Of a stretch of 64,000 nt of DNA, positions 1 through 11,370 are shown piece by piece. The first letter of the stretch is position 1. Each line of letters opens with the position of its first letter. The DNA is from Lama glama. Lineage: Eukaryota. Under the pieces are notes generated by a model. It searched no databases, was not told the DNA's origin, and saw only the letters and a program-made list of their open reading frames with translations. The DNA lies in the NCBI GenBank assembly GCA_028534125.1, contig CM052837.1, positions 29,140,001 to 29,204,000 on the forward strand, in the 5' to 3' direction. A program made the translations under genes and the position numbers.

Positions 1-233
1 GTACTAAGAACTCAATAATAGTACCTGCTACTGTTGTTGTTATTACTGCTCCTTGTGGGAAGCAGGGAGCCCATGTTGCCCTTAGGCCTTATAGACACCA
101 GCATGTTAAGACAGTTGGTGTGGAATGGAAAGTTTTGGAGAAAGGAGGTTTCAGACTGCCCGAAGTTTACTCAGAAGACTCGCTTAATTCCCACTGTGGC
201 TTTTGAAAAAGCTCTTGGTATGCTGAGGCAAGA

Positions 234-345
234 CCAGGGCTTCGTGGGCCTGCAGCCTGGGCAGGCGCACAGGGCCCTGTGCTCAGAAGGGTCTCGTGCT
301 TGGTTTAATGCTCTACTGTTGCATTTTGAGGTCCTTAATGATTTC
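234..345 (+). mobile_element. MER91A-like hAT non-autonomous DNA element fragment
   Basis: CAGGGCTTCGTGGGCCTGC...GCACAGGGCCCTGTGCTCAGAAGGG...GCTTGGTTTAATGCTCT resembles recalled MER91A consensus; a sister copy in opposite orientation lies at 27274-27439. Confidence 0.7.
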
Positions 346-1639
346 AGATTGAGGGGCTGTGTGTTTTTGTGTAGCTGGTCTGGGCAGAACTGTGGCATCC
401 AGTGAGATCACCAAGCACTTTCACTTGGGTTTCTTCTTATATGTTCAGGAACATTCTTTGAGTGTAGATGTTCCCATCACTAACCTTGCTGACCTCAGTT
501 TCTTTACCTGGGAAGTGGGAAGAATCACTTTGTGCAAGGCCACAGGGAGACAAGAGAGGAACCTAGTCTTTTGGTTCCCAGTTCCCATCAGTGGCTGAGC
601 TAAGGTGAAACTTGGTGAGATAAAGACTTGGTGGGCCTAACCATGTGCCCCTGGAGCACACAGTAGGTGTTCAGTAGATACAAGCTGCTCTTCGATTCTC
701 TGACAGGCCTTTTTTTAAACCTTTTTTACTATTGAATTTTGATTTCAAATGGTGGTAGTAATACATGCATCCATTCTCTTAAAACATGAAGACATTTCTG
801 ATGAGACTGAAATTGATCTTGGACCACCTGCCCCAGGGCCAGTCCCTGCCTCACCCTCCTAGAGTGGTTTTTGGATTTGGGGGTACAGACTTCCAGATTA
901 CTTTAATCTGTGCCAATGTGTCTTTTCCTTCTTTCCTTTCTTTTTTTTTTTCCATTATACTTTTTAAAATGCAAACTTTTTATGGAAGTAAAACCTGGAT
1001 CTGGAATAGATTTTTGCCAACTCCACCCTCCCAAAGGCCACTCAGTAAGCATGTCTTTTTCTGGCTTCACACCCCCTTCCCTGTTTTCTAGCCCATCTCT
1101 CTCCTTGTTTCTGGGTCCCTGTGTGTCAGTCCTGCCTGTCAGTGTGGCATTCCTGATACTCCATGATATCCACACGCTTGGTGCCCAGTAAGTAGAAGGC
1201 TGGTAAATGAATGAATGGAAGCAAAGAAAACAGACAGCAATGAAACCCAGTTCTGCATCACTGAGGGTTCCAAGGAGGTGGGTTTTGGTTAACTGGAGTC
1301 TCTTGTGAAACCTGTGAAAGTACAGACCATACAGTATCAGCAGTAACTGAGCACAGCATTTTCCAGAGAAGAATATTGACATTGTGGATGTCACAGTGTC
1401 CTCGGAAGCAGCCAGTGGGATGGTGCTGATGGCAGGTAGGAGGCGTAGGGGCACTGGTCTGTGGGATCATCTACACCTCAGGCTCTGGTGTTTTTCTGAG
1501 GTCCCGCAACTGGGAAGTGGCTGCATGAGGTCCTGGACCCAGCGTGTCTGATGCCACTTTCCACAATGTTTCCAGTTTGTTCTCTGCTGTATCTGCGACC
1601 TCCAGCCTGGCACATGGAAGACTGCCGACGATGTGCTCC

Positions 1640-2150
1640 AGGAATGAGCACCTGCTGTGTGCCAGGCACTGGGCTAAGCCTGCGAATACAGCAGAAAATG
1701 TGACAGCCCCAAACCCTGTCTTCATGGAGTTTGTGTCCTCATGGTGGGGGATACAACCTGTCAGATGGTGAATGCTGTGGAGATAGTAAAGAAGGAGGAG
1801 GAGAGAAGGAGTGCTGGTGTGTGTGCATATGTGTGTGCACACACACGTGCATGATGTTGCATTTAATACAGAGGTCAGGGAAGGCCTCAGTGAGAGAAGG
1901 TGATATTTAAGCAAAGACCTGAAAGAGGTGGGAGAGAGCCATGAGGATATCTGGGGAACAAGGAACAGCAAGTGCAAAGGCCCTGAGGTGGGATTATGTT
2001 TCCTCTGTTCAAGGAGCAGCAGGGAGGCCAGTGTTAGGGGGACTCCCGTGAGTAAGTGGAGAGACATAGAAGAGGTATTGGAAGGTGGTGTGTGGATGTG
2101 GTCCTGGGGAGGTGGGGTTCTGAGCAGAGGAGGATATGATTTGATTTCTT
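1640..2150 (-). mobile_element. L2 LINE 3' fragment
   Basis: Reverse-strand L2 hallmarks: GAGCACCTGCTGTGTGCCAGGCACTG, GGTCAGGGAAGGCCTC, GGAACAGCAAGTGCAAAGGCCCTGAGG. Confidence 0.85.
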
Positions 2151-3119
2151 CCTCCCTGGGTTATGGGGTGGTGGCAGCCAGAGAGAGAAAATGAAAGAAC
2201 TGGTGGGCAGTGCTGAACCCAGGTTCTGGTACCCAGTAGGCAATCAAACAACATTGGGTTACTGCTGAGGCTATGTGGAGGCTTTGAATGATGTGACCTG
2301 CTAGCTTTAATGGGGTTCCTGGAGGACTGGGTGATGCCTGAGGGGACCCTCAGTGAAAGGCTTGGTGTGCCTGATGATCTGGGGGTTGGGGTGGGGGAAG
2401 ACCCTCCTGCATTGGGGCAGAATTGGCAGGTGAGTTGGAGGAGGTGGCCAGGCCAGGGCTGGTAGGGAGCTGGGAGCTGGTGGGGGCACCAGGGAGTGTT
2501 CTGACAGGGTGGGCTGGAGGGAGAGGCAAGAAGCAGTTTTGATCCTGAGTGGGGCTTCCCAGCTTCCCAGTACCTCTCTTGTATGAGTTTCCTGGGAGCC
2601 CAATTCCTGGCTTGGTGATCTCTGCTCTGTGGCTCCTACCCTGGCCCCTCTGATCCTCTCAACACCCCACTTCTCCACCCTCCATAGCTGGGGCTCCAAT
2701 CACACTCGTCCTCACTATGGCCAGTGTGTCCCTGCCCATTCCTACACCTTAACCCTCTCTTCACCCTCACCCTCCCTCCTGTCTGACTGTCCCCCATCTT
2801 TCCAACTTGCTGTTTCTCCTTCTACTCTTTCCCAGTGCTGTTCCCTCTTTAACAAATGCCCTTCCTTCTCTTCTGTTTCCCCAAGTTCATGTCTACTCAT
2901 AAATTCTTAGAGGAGAGGGTCCTCACCCAAAGAGGCTTTCCCTGACCCTCCACTTGCTCCCCTCATGTACAGTGTTTACAGCCAGGACACTATTTGGGGT
3001 CTGTATGTCTGTGATTATCTGTCTATGTTCAGTGTCTCCCATAGGTGCTGAGATCCTGGGGCAGGAACATGTCTATCATGCTGATGCTGGGCTCCCAGTG
3101 CTTAGCAGGTTCTCTGAAT

Positions 3120-3310
3120 CCTGGATAGAGAATGGAGAATGGAGAATGGAGGATGGGTGGTTGGATGAGTGGTTGTGTCTGTGAACAGAGACGGTTGGAT
3201 GGATGGACCTGGATGGTACGGGTGGACTGGGTGATGCTGTGAGCAATGAACAGGTGGAGGAGGGATGGGCGGGTGGGTGGGAGGAGGGATGGGTGAGTGG
3301 GTGGATTAGC
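3120..3310. repeat. Degenerate (GGAT/GGGT)n simple repeat, with GAGAATG x3
   Basis: ggagaatggagaatgg...ggatggatgg...gggtgggtggg seen directly; follows an L2 3' end at ~2890-3120. Confidence 0.8.
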
Positions 3311-3679
3311 GATAGCTAGCTGATAGGAGACTGAACCAGGGTAGTGCGGAATGCAACAGAAAAATCCTGGCCTGAGAGTTAGGAGACTGGGGTTCAAGTT
3401 CAGCCTGGCTGCGTATCAGTACTAGGAGTCTTGGGCTTGACCTGCTGCCTCTCTTTGCCTCTGCTTCCCCGTTTACTGGTTTTTTTTTTTAAAGCTTCAT
3501 TATTGCTTATATTTCACTGTGTAGAGCCCTTTTGATTCCTCCCAGATTTTTTCCGGAGACTCACATGAACAGAACAAAAGGGAGATGTTGAGGTGTATCC
3601 CCCCACCTTGCAAGCTGGTAGCACAGCTGGAAAACCCAGCTAGACAGTCCGTCATTTGCCACAGCACCCCCACTCTGTA

Positions 3680-3800
3680 AATCTATCCTCTCTGGGTGGG
3701 TGTTTGCTAAAAATGCAGATTCCCTCTGCCAAGGCTTCCACTTTGGGTGCATTGGAGCAGGCCCAGAGATCTATGATTTTAACAAGGTCTACTCCATGAC
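3680..3800. mobile_element. MER5-like hAT-Charlie fragment
   Basis: TTTGCTAAAAATGCAGATTCC...GGCCCAGAGATCTATGATTTTAACAAG matches the MER5A internal motif. Confidence 0.6.
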
Positions 3801-3857
3801 TCTGGGCTCATTCCTAGGTAAGACTCACTGCCACCTTCCAAGAAAACTGGATCCTAC

Positions 3858-3995
3858 NNNNNNNNNNNNNNNNNNNNNNNNNNNNNNNNNNNNNNNNNNN
3901 NNNNNNNNNNNNNNNNNNNNNNNNNNNNNNNNNNNNNNNNNNNNNNNNNNNNNNNNNNNNNNNNNNNNNNNNNNNNNNNNNNNNNNNNNNNNNNN
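3858..3995. other. Assembly gap (138 N)
   Basis: Run of N. Confidence 0.99.
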
Positions 3996-4785
3996 CAGGT
4001 TGTCCATCAGTGGGGCCAGGTAAGCCCGTTGGGGCTGGACAACTCCCTAGAAGACCCAGCAGGCGTTAGAAATAAGGAAGAAGTCTTTGATAAGACAAGA
4101 TCTCAAAGATATGGTTCAGTGAAAGAGCAGGTGCAGAACAGTGCCTGTTGTTTCACTACTTGTGTTAAAACATTCATAAAAGAAGAGAAATATGGATATG
4201 CATGGACGATTCTGGAAGGAAACACAAAAAACTGGGACCAGGGTGGCCGCTGAGGAAGGAAACTAGGGGACCAGGAGCTAGAGGGAAACCCTAGATTATG
4301 TCTGAATCCCTTCCTGAGTCCTGGGTTCAAATTTTGACCCTAATTAGCTATGTGACCCTAAGCGCTCTCTGAGCCTCAGTTTCCCTGTGTGTTAAGAGGA
4401 GTGTAAGTTTCCAACTCTGGCCTGGGCTGCCTAGAGAACCCAGGCAACTTGATCCTGCTTCTGCTTCTGTTTTCCAGGACGTTCCTGGTCAGGCTTCACC
4501 TTCTAGTAGTCCCACTTGGTCCAGGGAGGGTGGGTCTCTGGGGAGGGGATAGCCCAGTCCAGGGTGGGGCTGAGCTGGAAAAACCAGCAGGGTTGGAGCA
4601 GTTTGTGCAGGCACCATCCTCACTTTTCGCCTGGAAGCTCTCAGGGTCACTCACCCCGACCCCACGCCTCTGAGGGGCTGGGGCCAGAAGAACACCCCCA
4701 ACTCATGCTTCAGGCTGGAGACCTGGGAGAAGGGGAGAATGATTGGGCGTTGAGCTGGGGTTGGGCGGCAAGGATACAGGGAGAT

Positions 4786-4930
4786 TGGGAGAGACAGAGA
4801 GGGAAAGAGAGACAGAGAGCTGGAGAGATTCAAGGAGAGAGAGAGAAAGAGATAGGGAGAGAGAGATACAGAGACAGAGAGATGCAGAGAGACGACAGAC
4901 AGACAGACAGACACACACACACACACACAC
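4786..4930. repeat. Compound microsatellite (GA)n/(GACA)n/(CA)n
   Basis: gagagacagagagggaaagagagacagagag...gacagacagacagacagacacacacacacacacac. Confidence 0.92.
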
Positions 4931-5539
4931 AGCCAGATGCAGGCTGAGAGAGGCAAAGAACCAGAGTGGGGAGGAAAGAGACAGCGGAGCTCTCTGGGTG
5001 GGGGTGGGGCTGGCTGCTCTGGCCAGGTGCCTGGGGCTGGCCAAGGTACAAGTGTGTTTGGGGGAGGGAGGGTGTAGGGCAGGGACAGAGGATGCTGGAG
5101 TCATCCCCAGCAGGGCAGTTTCCACACCTCTAGGTTGCAGCTGCAGTTCTGAGTATTCCTAGAACCAGCTTAGGGCCCCTTACTTCTTGCCCCTCCAGCA
5201 CTCCCTTGGGACCTTGTACCTGGAGGCTGACTCCCCAGGAGGCCCTCTCAGAGCAGGGCTGGGAAGGTCTGAGGTGAAACTGGGCTAATTAGTGCTCAGA
5301 ACTGAGATAATCACTGCCTGGAATGTTCCCTAGGAGGTCCAGGTTGGGGCAGGCAGCCAGGGGACCATGGGATGCTTGGGATTGGCCTAGCTGCCCTCTG
5401 CCTACTCGCTGCCAGAGCCCTGAATATTGGAAAGAGGAAGACAGAGGGGGCCTGGATCCTCGGTTCCTAGAACCTGCAGCTCCTCAAGGCCCTCCAGGCC
5501 ATCCTGTATAGCAGACCCACTGGACTCCAGTCTGATCAC

Positions 5540-6010
5540 ATCTACCCTAACCCCTGCTTAAAGCCTTCCATGGCTGCTGATGGCCTGTAAGCTAAAATCG
5601 GAGCTCCTCACCTTGGCCTAGGGATGCCTGCTGATCTGTTCTTGTTCCTACCTCATCACTCTGGCCCTCCCTTTCTATCCTCCTTACCCTTGAACAGTTC
5701 ATGCTTGGCTTACTTCAGGACGTATGCATATGCAGCATCCCCTTCTGGCATGCTCTTCTTCCATTCCTTCCCAGAGCTCTCCCCTAAGCATCCATCAGGC
5801 CTCAGCTGAAAGTCACCTCACTTGGGAGGCCTTCCCTGCACCTCTCCTTCCTAGCACTCAGCACTCTCCTTTCTCTTAATGAGACTCCTCATTTGAGGCC
5901 TGCTTCCTTCACGCAAGTGTCAGCTTCCTGAAGACAGGCACCAGATCTGCTTGGTCACCACCATGTCCCACAGGACCTGACACAAGGCAGGTGCTCCATA
6001 AGTCAGTCAA
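5540..6010 (+). mobile_element. L2 LINE 3' fragment
   Basis: CCCTGCTTAAAGCCTTCCATGGCT...GGGAGGCCTTCCCTG...CCTGACACAAGGCAGGTGCTCCATAA. Confidence 0.75.
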
Positions 6011-6859
6011 CTGACCATCAAGAAGTGGCCTGGACTTTTTTTGCTGTGTGGATTCCTCCTAGGAAGGGACCTTGCTGACTCCCGGGACTCCCTGCATCAT
6101 CCACTCTGACTCCTCTGGTTCCAGCCTCAGAAGATCATGCCTCTGAGTCTTCAGAGCCATGGGGCCACCCTGGCTGTGATGTTGTAATGAATCACTGGCC
6201 AGAATCTGGTCTTGATTATCTCTAGGAAGTGCATGGCCTGCCTGACATTGTGGGGGCTGGGACCATAGGCCATCATATCAGGGGCCCCAGGTGTCCCACT
6301 GGGCCTCTTGCCTGGGGCTGCAGATAACAGCACAGGCCTTGGTGGCCTCACCTCAGCTGCAGGCACCCGTGCCAAGGATGTGTTAGGTGACCTCCAGCAA
6401 GTCCCTACATCTCTGGGTTGCCAAGTTACAGGGGATGGGGTCCTGCCCCATAGGAGAGAGCAAGGAACTGGGTGGACATGGGGTCTGTGGCTGGGAGACC
6501 TTGGATGTAATAATAACAGTGACTTTTCAAGGAGAGTGAAATGAGAAACTGGGGGTTGGGGAGAGCCCAGGGTGACTGATCAGCCCAGAGGTACCCTGGA
6601 TGCCTGAGGTTTCCAAGTGCCTTCGGGCCCTTTGTGGCGGGGCAGAAAGTGCCAGCAAGTGAGGGTTTGAGGCATTTCTAGAGCATTGATCCCACCATAC
6701 CTTTGTTTCCTCATTGTGAATTAGGGATAATGAGTTTCTACTTCACAGGGATGTGCTTTAATAAGATACTCTCTGTGAAGTGCTTGGAACGGTGCCTGAC
6801 TCGTAGGAAGCAATCGATAACTGCCATTATTATCACCTCCTAAAGTCTTGCCTTACCCT

Positions 6860-7410
6860 GTCCCCACTTCTCCGTGTTTCCTACCCCAGCACCATTCACA
6901 GGCTTGGGTGATTCACCTGGATGATTACAACAGCCTCTAAATGGTCTCCTGCTCCCAGTTTCACCCCTACGTCTATTCTCCATGTGCTGCCAGATGGAGC
7001 CTTAAAAAAACCTAAGCTGGATCACCCTCCAGTTCCCTTGCTCAATAGTCTCCCATGATCCTCACTGCCCTCAGAATAAGGATTAAACTCCTAATCACAA
7101 CCTTCAGGTGCCACACCATGGCTGACTATTCTCTCCCAATCCCCTGCCACTCTCCCTCTCATTCACTCTGCGAGAGTGCCTTCCTTGATCCCCCTTTCTG
7201 GTCTCATCTCATGGATCCCTCCTGGCAGCCCTCATTATGGCCATACTGTTTACAGTTGCTTAGATGATTATTCGATTGAGGTCTGTTCCCTACTCCAGAA
7301 TGCAAGGCAGGAATCATGTCAACTGCTTCCTGCTGCATTCCCAGTACCCATGACAGGGCTTGACACTCAGTAGGTGCACCATAAATATTTGTTGAATGAC
7401 AGTGAACAAT
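6860..7410 (+). mobile_element. L2 LINE 3' fragment
   Basis: CACCTGGATGATTACAACAGCCTC...ending CAGTAGGTGCACCATAAATATTTGTTGAATGA, the canonical L2 3' terminus. Confidence 0.8.
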
Positions 7411-7459
7411 GGTTTGGTGAGTTGGAGGTGTTGGAGGTGTTGGAGGTTAGGGTGGGGGT

Positions 7460-7790
7460 GCTGGACATCATTGAGGCCTCATGTTCTTCCCACCTCGTGG
7501 TCCTGCCATCTCTTTCCAGCCTAGCTCCTCATAGCTCCATGATGGCTACCAAAGCGCCTGCCATCTCTTCCTCACATAGCCATGGCTGAGGCAGGAAAAG
7601 GCCTTCATGTGTCCACTTAAGAATGAAGAATCTATTCCCAGAAGTCCCTTGGCGACTTCCTCATCTCACTGGCCACAGATGCATTCCATGTATAGCTTCA
7701 GCCATTTACTGCAAGAGGTCAAAGAGGGCCATGTTTGGCTTGGGCCAATCAGCATTCACCCCAGGTGCCATGGGTAGAATCTGTCCTTGC
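7460..7790. mobile_element. LTR33-like ERVL solo LTR fragment
   Basis: CTCATAGCTCCATGATGGCTACC...TTCCCAGAAGTCCC...TCTCACTGGCCACAGA...TGGCTTGGGCCAATCA resembles LTR33; similar copy at 48370-48690. Confidence 0.6.
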
Positions 7791-8039
7791 ACAGTGAGAG
7801 GGAGTCCAGCTAGGGCTAGGTCTGGCCTCAAGCTGTGGACCTCTGAACTGGGGGCATTTAAAGCATCCTTGAGGCTGTGGATCCCTCACCTGCCCTCCTT
7901 CCTTGGGGAACCCTTGGGTGGTGGCTGTGGGAGGAAAGGTAGGGCTGGGCGAGCGTTTCAAATAAATTAGGCAGCCAGACACCTTCACCTCAGTAAATAT
8001 TTATAGAGCCAGTAATGGAGAGGAGGTGGGAAGAGGCAG

Positions 8040-8215
8040 CCTGGGCCAGAGATACCAAGGGACAGAAAGACACAAGGGAGAGATGGAGAGACACTAAGGG
8101 AGAGACAGAGAGGCGTTGGGAAGAGACAGACACACTGAGGGAGAGACCAAGAGAGCTACAGAGGGAAAGACAGAGGCTGGGAGATAAAGAAGAGGAGAGA
8201 AACAGAGAGAAAGAC
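8040..8215. repeat. GA-rich low-complexity tract
   Basis: Purine-rich gagagacagagagg-type degenerate repeat. Confidence 0.75.
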
Positions 8216-8749
8216 TTTGCCAGGAAGGCTTTTGCATCAGCACCTTGAGCAGTTAGAGGCTCCATCACGATGGGAGCAAAGTCCCCATCCCCTTCTCTTT
8301 GGCTTGATATCCTGGCCATGTTGTGTCCCAGCCAGAGCCTTGTACCAGATGGAATAAATGACCCTCTTTCACAGGACTGTCCTGAGGGCCCAACACACTG
8401 GGATTACCATTGACCCACTGGTCTCCTTTGGCCTATAAATGGCCTGGAGTGGTGGCAGAAATTGTTGCCTCAGTGGACGGGGGAGATGTGCCCACAGTGG
8501 GAAGGCAGGAGGGGTCTGGGCTATGATTTTAAAGCCTGTGTCCTGTCTGTGCTGCGAGGAGCAGGGAAGAGGGGTATGCTGGCTGCTAGGTAGCGCTAGC
8601 CAGTAACAAAAATTCTGCTAATAATAATAATGGCTACTGTGTTTTGAGGGCTCCCCAAATGCAGACATCAACCCTTTGAGGGAGGCACTGCTTAATTCCA
8701 TTCATCTTGTAATTCCAAACAGCTTCAGAGAACTGCAGCGACTTCGTAA

Positions 8750-8965
8750 CCACAGAGTTGGGGTTTGGAATCAAACAGGCCTCGGTCTGAGTTCCTGCTC
8801 CACATCTGGCAGGCTGGGTGATGTGGGGGCAGTCACCTTCTCTCTCTCAGCCTCAGTTTACCCAATTATAAAATAGGAAAATAACAGTTTAAAGGATTTA
8901 AAGAACATGAGGATTAAATGAGATGATGGATACACAGTTAAGTGTCTAATAAATGTTAAATGATA
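8750..8965 (+). mobile_element. MIR SINE
   Basis: GCCTCAGTTTACCCAATTATAAAATAGG...TGAGGATTAAATGAGATGA core and 3' motifs. Confidence 0.85.
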
Positions 8966-9009
8966 GGTTGGGGAACAGTTTTAAAGTAATTAAAAAATGA
9001 TTCCTTTAA

Positions 9010-9140
9010 TTAATCCCCTTTTTTCAGAGGAAGAGCTGAGGTCCAGAGAGGGGAAGTGACTTGCCCAAGGTCTCCAGCCAAGTGGGGGAACTGAGATTTG
9101 AATCCAGTGGGGTCTGAGGCCAGAGCTCACCGCTGGCCTT
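9010..9140 (-). mobile_element. MIR SINE
   Basis: CAGAGGAAGAGCTGAGGTCCAGAGAGGGGAAGTGACTTGCCCAAGGTC...GATTTGAATCCAG. Confidence 0.85.
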
Positions 9141-9524
9141 CCATGCCACTGTGATGGCTCAGCCCTGGATGGCCTGTTGGAGACTCAATTCTTGTGGTTC
9201 AAGGAGATGCCCGTGGGCTGGCCTGATATCCCTCTGGCCTGGCATTAGCCACTATCACCCGTTGGGGTGGTTGCAAAATCCCACTCCCTTTACCAGTCGA
9301 TAAAGGGTGCCCATTGCAAAACTCAGCGGCAAAATTATTAAGTGTTGTGTCATCCTGTGGCCAAGCCCTGGGTGCCCCTTTCCTGCCTGGAGGCCTGGGT
9401 GAGGCCAACTCCACACTCTCTCCTTCCCTGGCTCTGACCCAGCAGAGGCTGGGGTTGGGGTCAGCAGGGGGCTTTCGAGGAGTGGGCAGAGGACAGACAC
9501 AGGCACTGGGCCCACCCATAGTCC

Positions 9525-10335
9525 TCCATTTCTCAGGAAATGGCAGCTCCATCCTTCTGGATGCTCAGGCTCAAACCTTGGGGGTCACTTGATTCACCTC
9601 TTGCCCCACATCCAATAATTGGTCAGGAAATCCTGTCAGCTCTACCTTTAGAATACATCCAGGACCCAACCAGCTTTTCCCCTCCACTTCCACACCTGGA
9701 TTCAAAGCGCCTCCTTGCTGGTCTCGCCATTCTCCACACACCACCAAAGGGATCCTGTTAGATCTAGGTGGATCCTAAGTCAGATCTTGTCCCTGTGCTT
9801 AGAACCCCCATGGCTCATATCTTAGAGCACAAGCCAAAGACCTTACAAGGCCCACAAGGCCCAGCCTCACCTGGCCCCGTTGCCTTTCTGATCTTATCTC
9901 CACCATTCTTTCTCCCTTGCACACTTTGCCAGCCCAGTGGTCTCCTTTCTATCCCTCCAACACATCAGGCATGATCTAACCCCAGGGCCTTTGCACTTGC
10001 TGTTCCCTCTGCTGGGAATGCTCTTCCCTCAGCTCTGTCACCCAGCTGGATCCCTCACTTCATCTCATCTCAATGTCATCACCTCAGGGAAGCCTTCCCT
10101 AGTTACTCTGCTAAAGTGTCACCTCCACTGTCACCTCCAGCCCTTTCATCTTTCTTCCTGACTCGCCATCATATTATTTATTTGTTTATTTGTTCAATGG
10201 TTGTCTTCTTCCTTAGAATATCACCTTCCTTAGGGCAGGGAGTATTGTCTGTTTTGTTCACAATGCTTCCCTGGCACTCAGCCCAGGCCTGGCACACAGT
10301 AGGTGCTCCCAAAGGTTTGCTGAATCAGGGAATGG
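9525..10335 (+). mobile_element. L2 LINE, long 3' fragment
   Basis: CCATTTCTCAGGAAATGGCAGCTCCATCCTTC...CAGGGCCTTTGCACTTGCTGTTCCCTCTGC...CCTGGCACACAGTAGGTGCTC. Confidence 0.88.
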
Positions 10336-10829
10336 GTGAGCAGGAGGGGCCACAGCAGCCCACGTTATGCCTCAGCACACCTCACCAGCCCTCCTTTCTC
10401 TGGCCAATAGCTTGAGGATGGTGCCAAGAGCACATTTCATTCTCCTTCAAGCTTGCATTTGGAGGGGGCTTCTCTGGCCACCTTGTCAAATGGCCTCCCT
10501 GACTGCACAGCTCCCACCCAGGGCCTCTACCTAGCTCCCTGACAGCACTCACCATGAACTTGACTTGTTTTGTTTGTGTCCATATCTATTATCAGCCCTC
10601 CTCCCCTCAGATTCTGAGCTCTCTGAGGACAGAACCTCATCTGCCTTGGTTCCACTACTGTCCCCCAGTGCCCATCATGGGGTCTGGCACCCTGTGGGAT
10701 GTGTCAGTGCCTGGCTGATCACAATTTGCATCACAAGCCCCAATGGCAGGGCCAGTTGTGGCCAGGAAGGAGTTAAGAGGAGATGCTGTGCCTGGACCTG
10801 CAAATCAGAGACAGAAGGGGGCCCGCTGG

Positions 10830-11010
10830 GGCCTTAATTATAACACATCCCATAATGACGCGGTGTTTTAATAGGCACACAAAGTGTACTAATCTGATAT
10901 TATATCTGGGCTTTTTACAATAGATACAATCAACGGGCCATAGTTTGCTAACTCATTCTCGACCTATCTCCATGCTCCACCTAGATTATTATCGGCTTCC
11001 TTAATTAAGT
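10830..11010. promoter_or_regulatory. Candidate enhancer / conserved non-coding element
   Basis: Non-repetitive AT-rich island with CCTTAATTA, TAATCT, palindromic CTTAATTAAG (11000-11009), SOX-type ACAATAG (10917-10923) and CACAAAG, and retained CpGs; function inferred. Confidence 0.5.
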
Positions 11011-11231
11011 GGAAGGCAGAGCTCTGCAGGCAATGCCCACAGCCCCAGCACCGACGAGTCCGGCCCGGCCCTCCCATAAGCTGGGATAATAGCTACTCCC
11101 ACACGGGGTGAGGCTTGTGCCGCCTTCACCCCAACTCCCTGTCCCAGGCTTGGGCATGACAGGCCTGTTCAAGGCCTAGCGAGTGACAAACGCTAACCAC
11201 CAAGGACTCAAACTGGCAGCCTTTAGGCCGG

Positions 11232-11370
11232 GTCAGCCTCGAGGTGTGTTGGGTTTGGCTGTGTGTTGCTTTTGCTGAAAGTCAAAACAAATTGCCAACA
11301 CTGAAAAATTAGGACGTTGCACACAAACATGCAGATTTCTGGCATCTCTTAAGAAATGAGAAGATCCAAG
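11232..11370. mobile_element. MER103-like hAT-Charlie fragment
   Basis: TTGCCAACACTGAAAAATTAGGA...CAGATTTCTGGCATCTCTTAAGAAATGAGAAGATC resembles MER103C; second copy at ~37805-37960. Confidence 0.6.

Noticed and set aside
1471-2067. 198-aa minus-strand ORF
   Set aside because: Lies almost entirely in an L2 3' fragment; the same pseudo-peptide (SGPLHLLF) recurs in other L2 copies
4516-5162. Overlapping ORFs of 100-143 aa on both strands
   Set aside because: They run through the (GA)n/(GACA)n/(CA)n microsatellite; the RE-, SL- and HT-rich peptides are artefacts
8237-8253. REST/NRSE-like TCAGCACCTTGAGCAG
   Set aside because: The right half-site deviates from GGACAG at key positions
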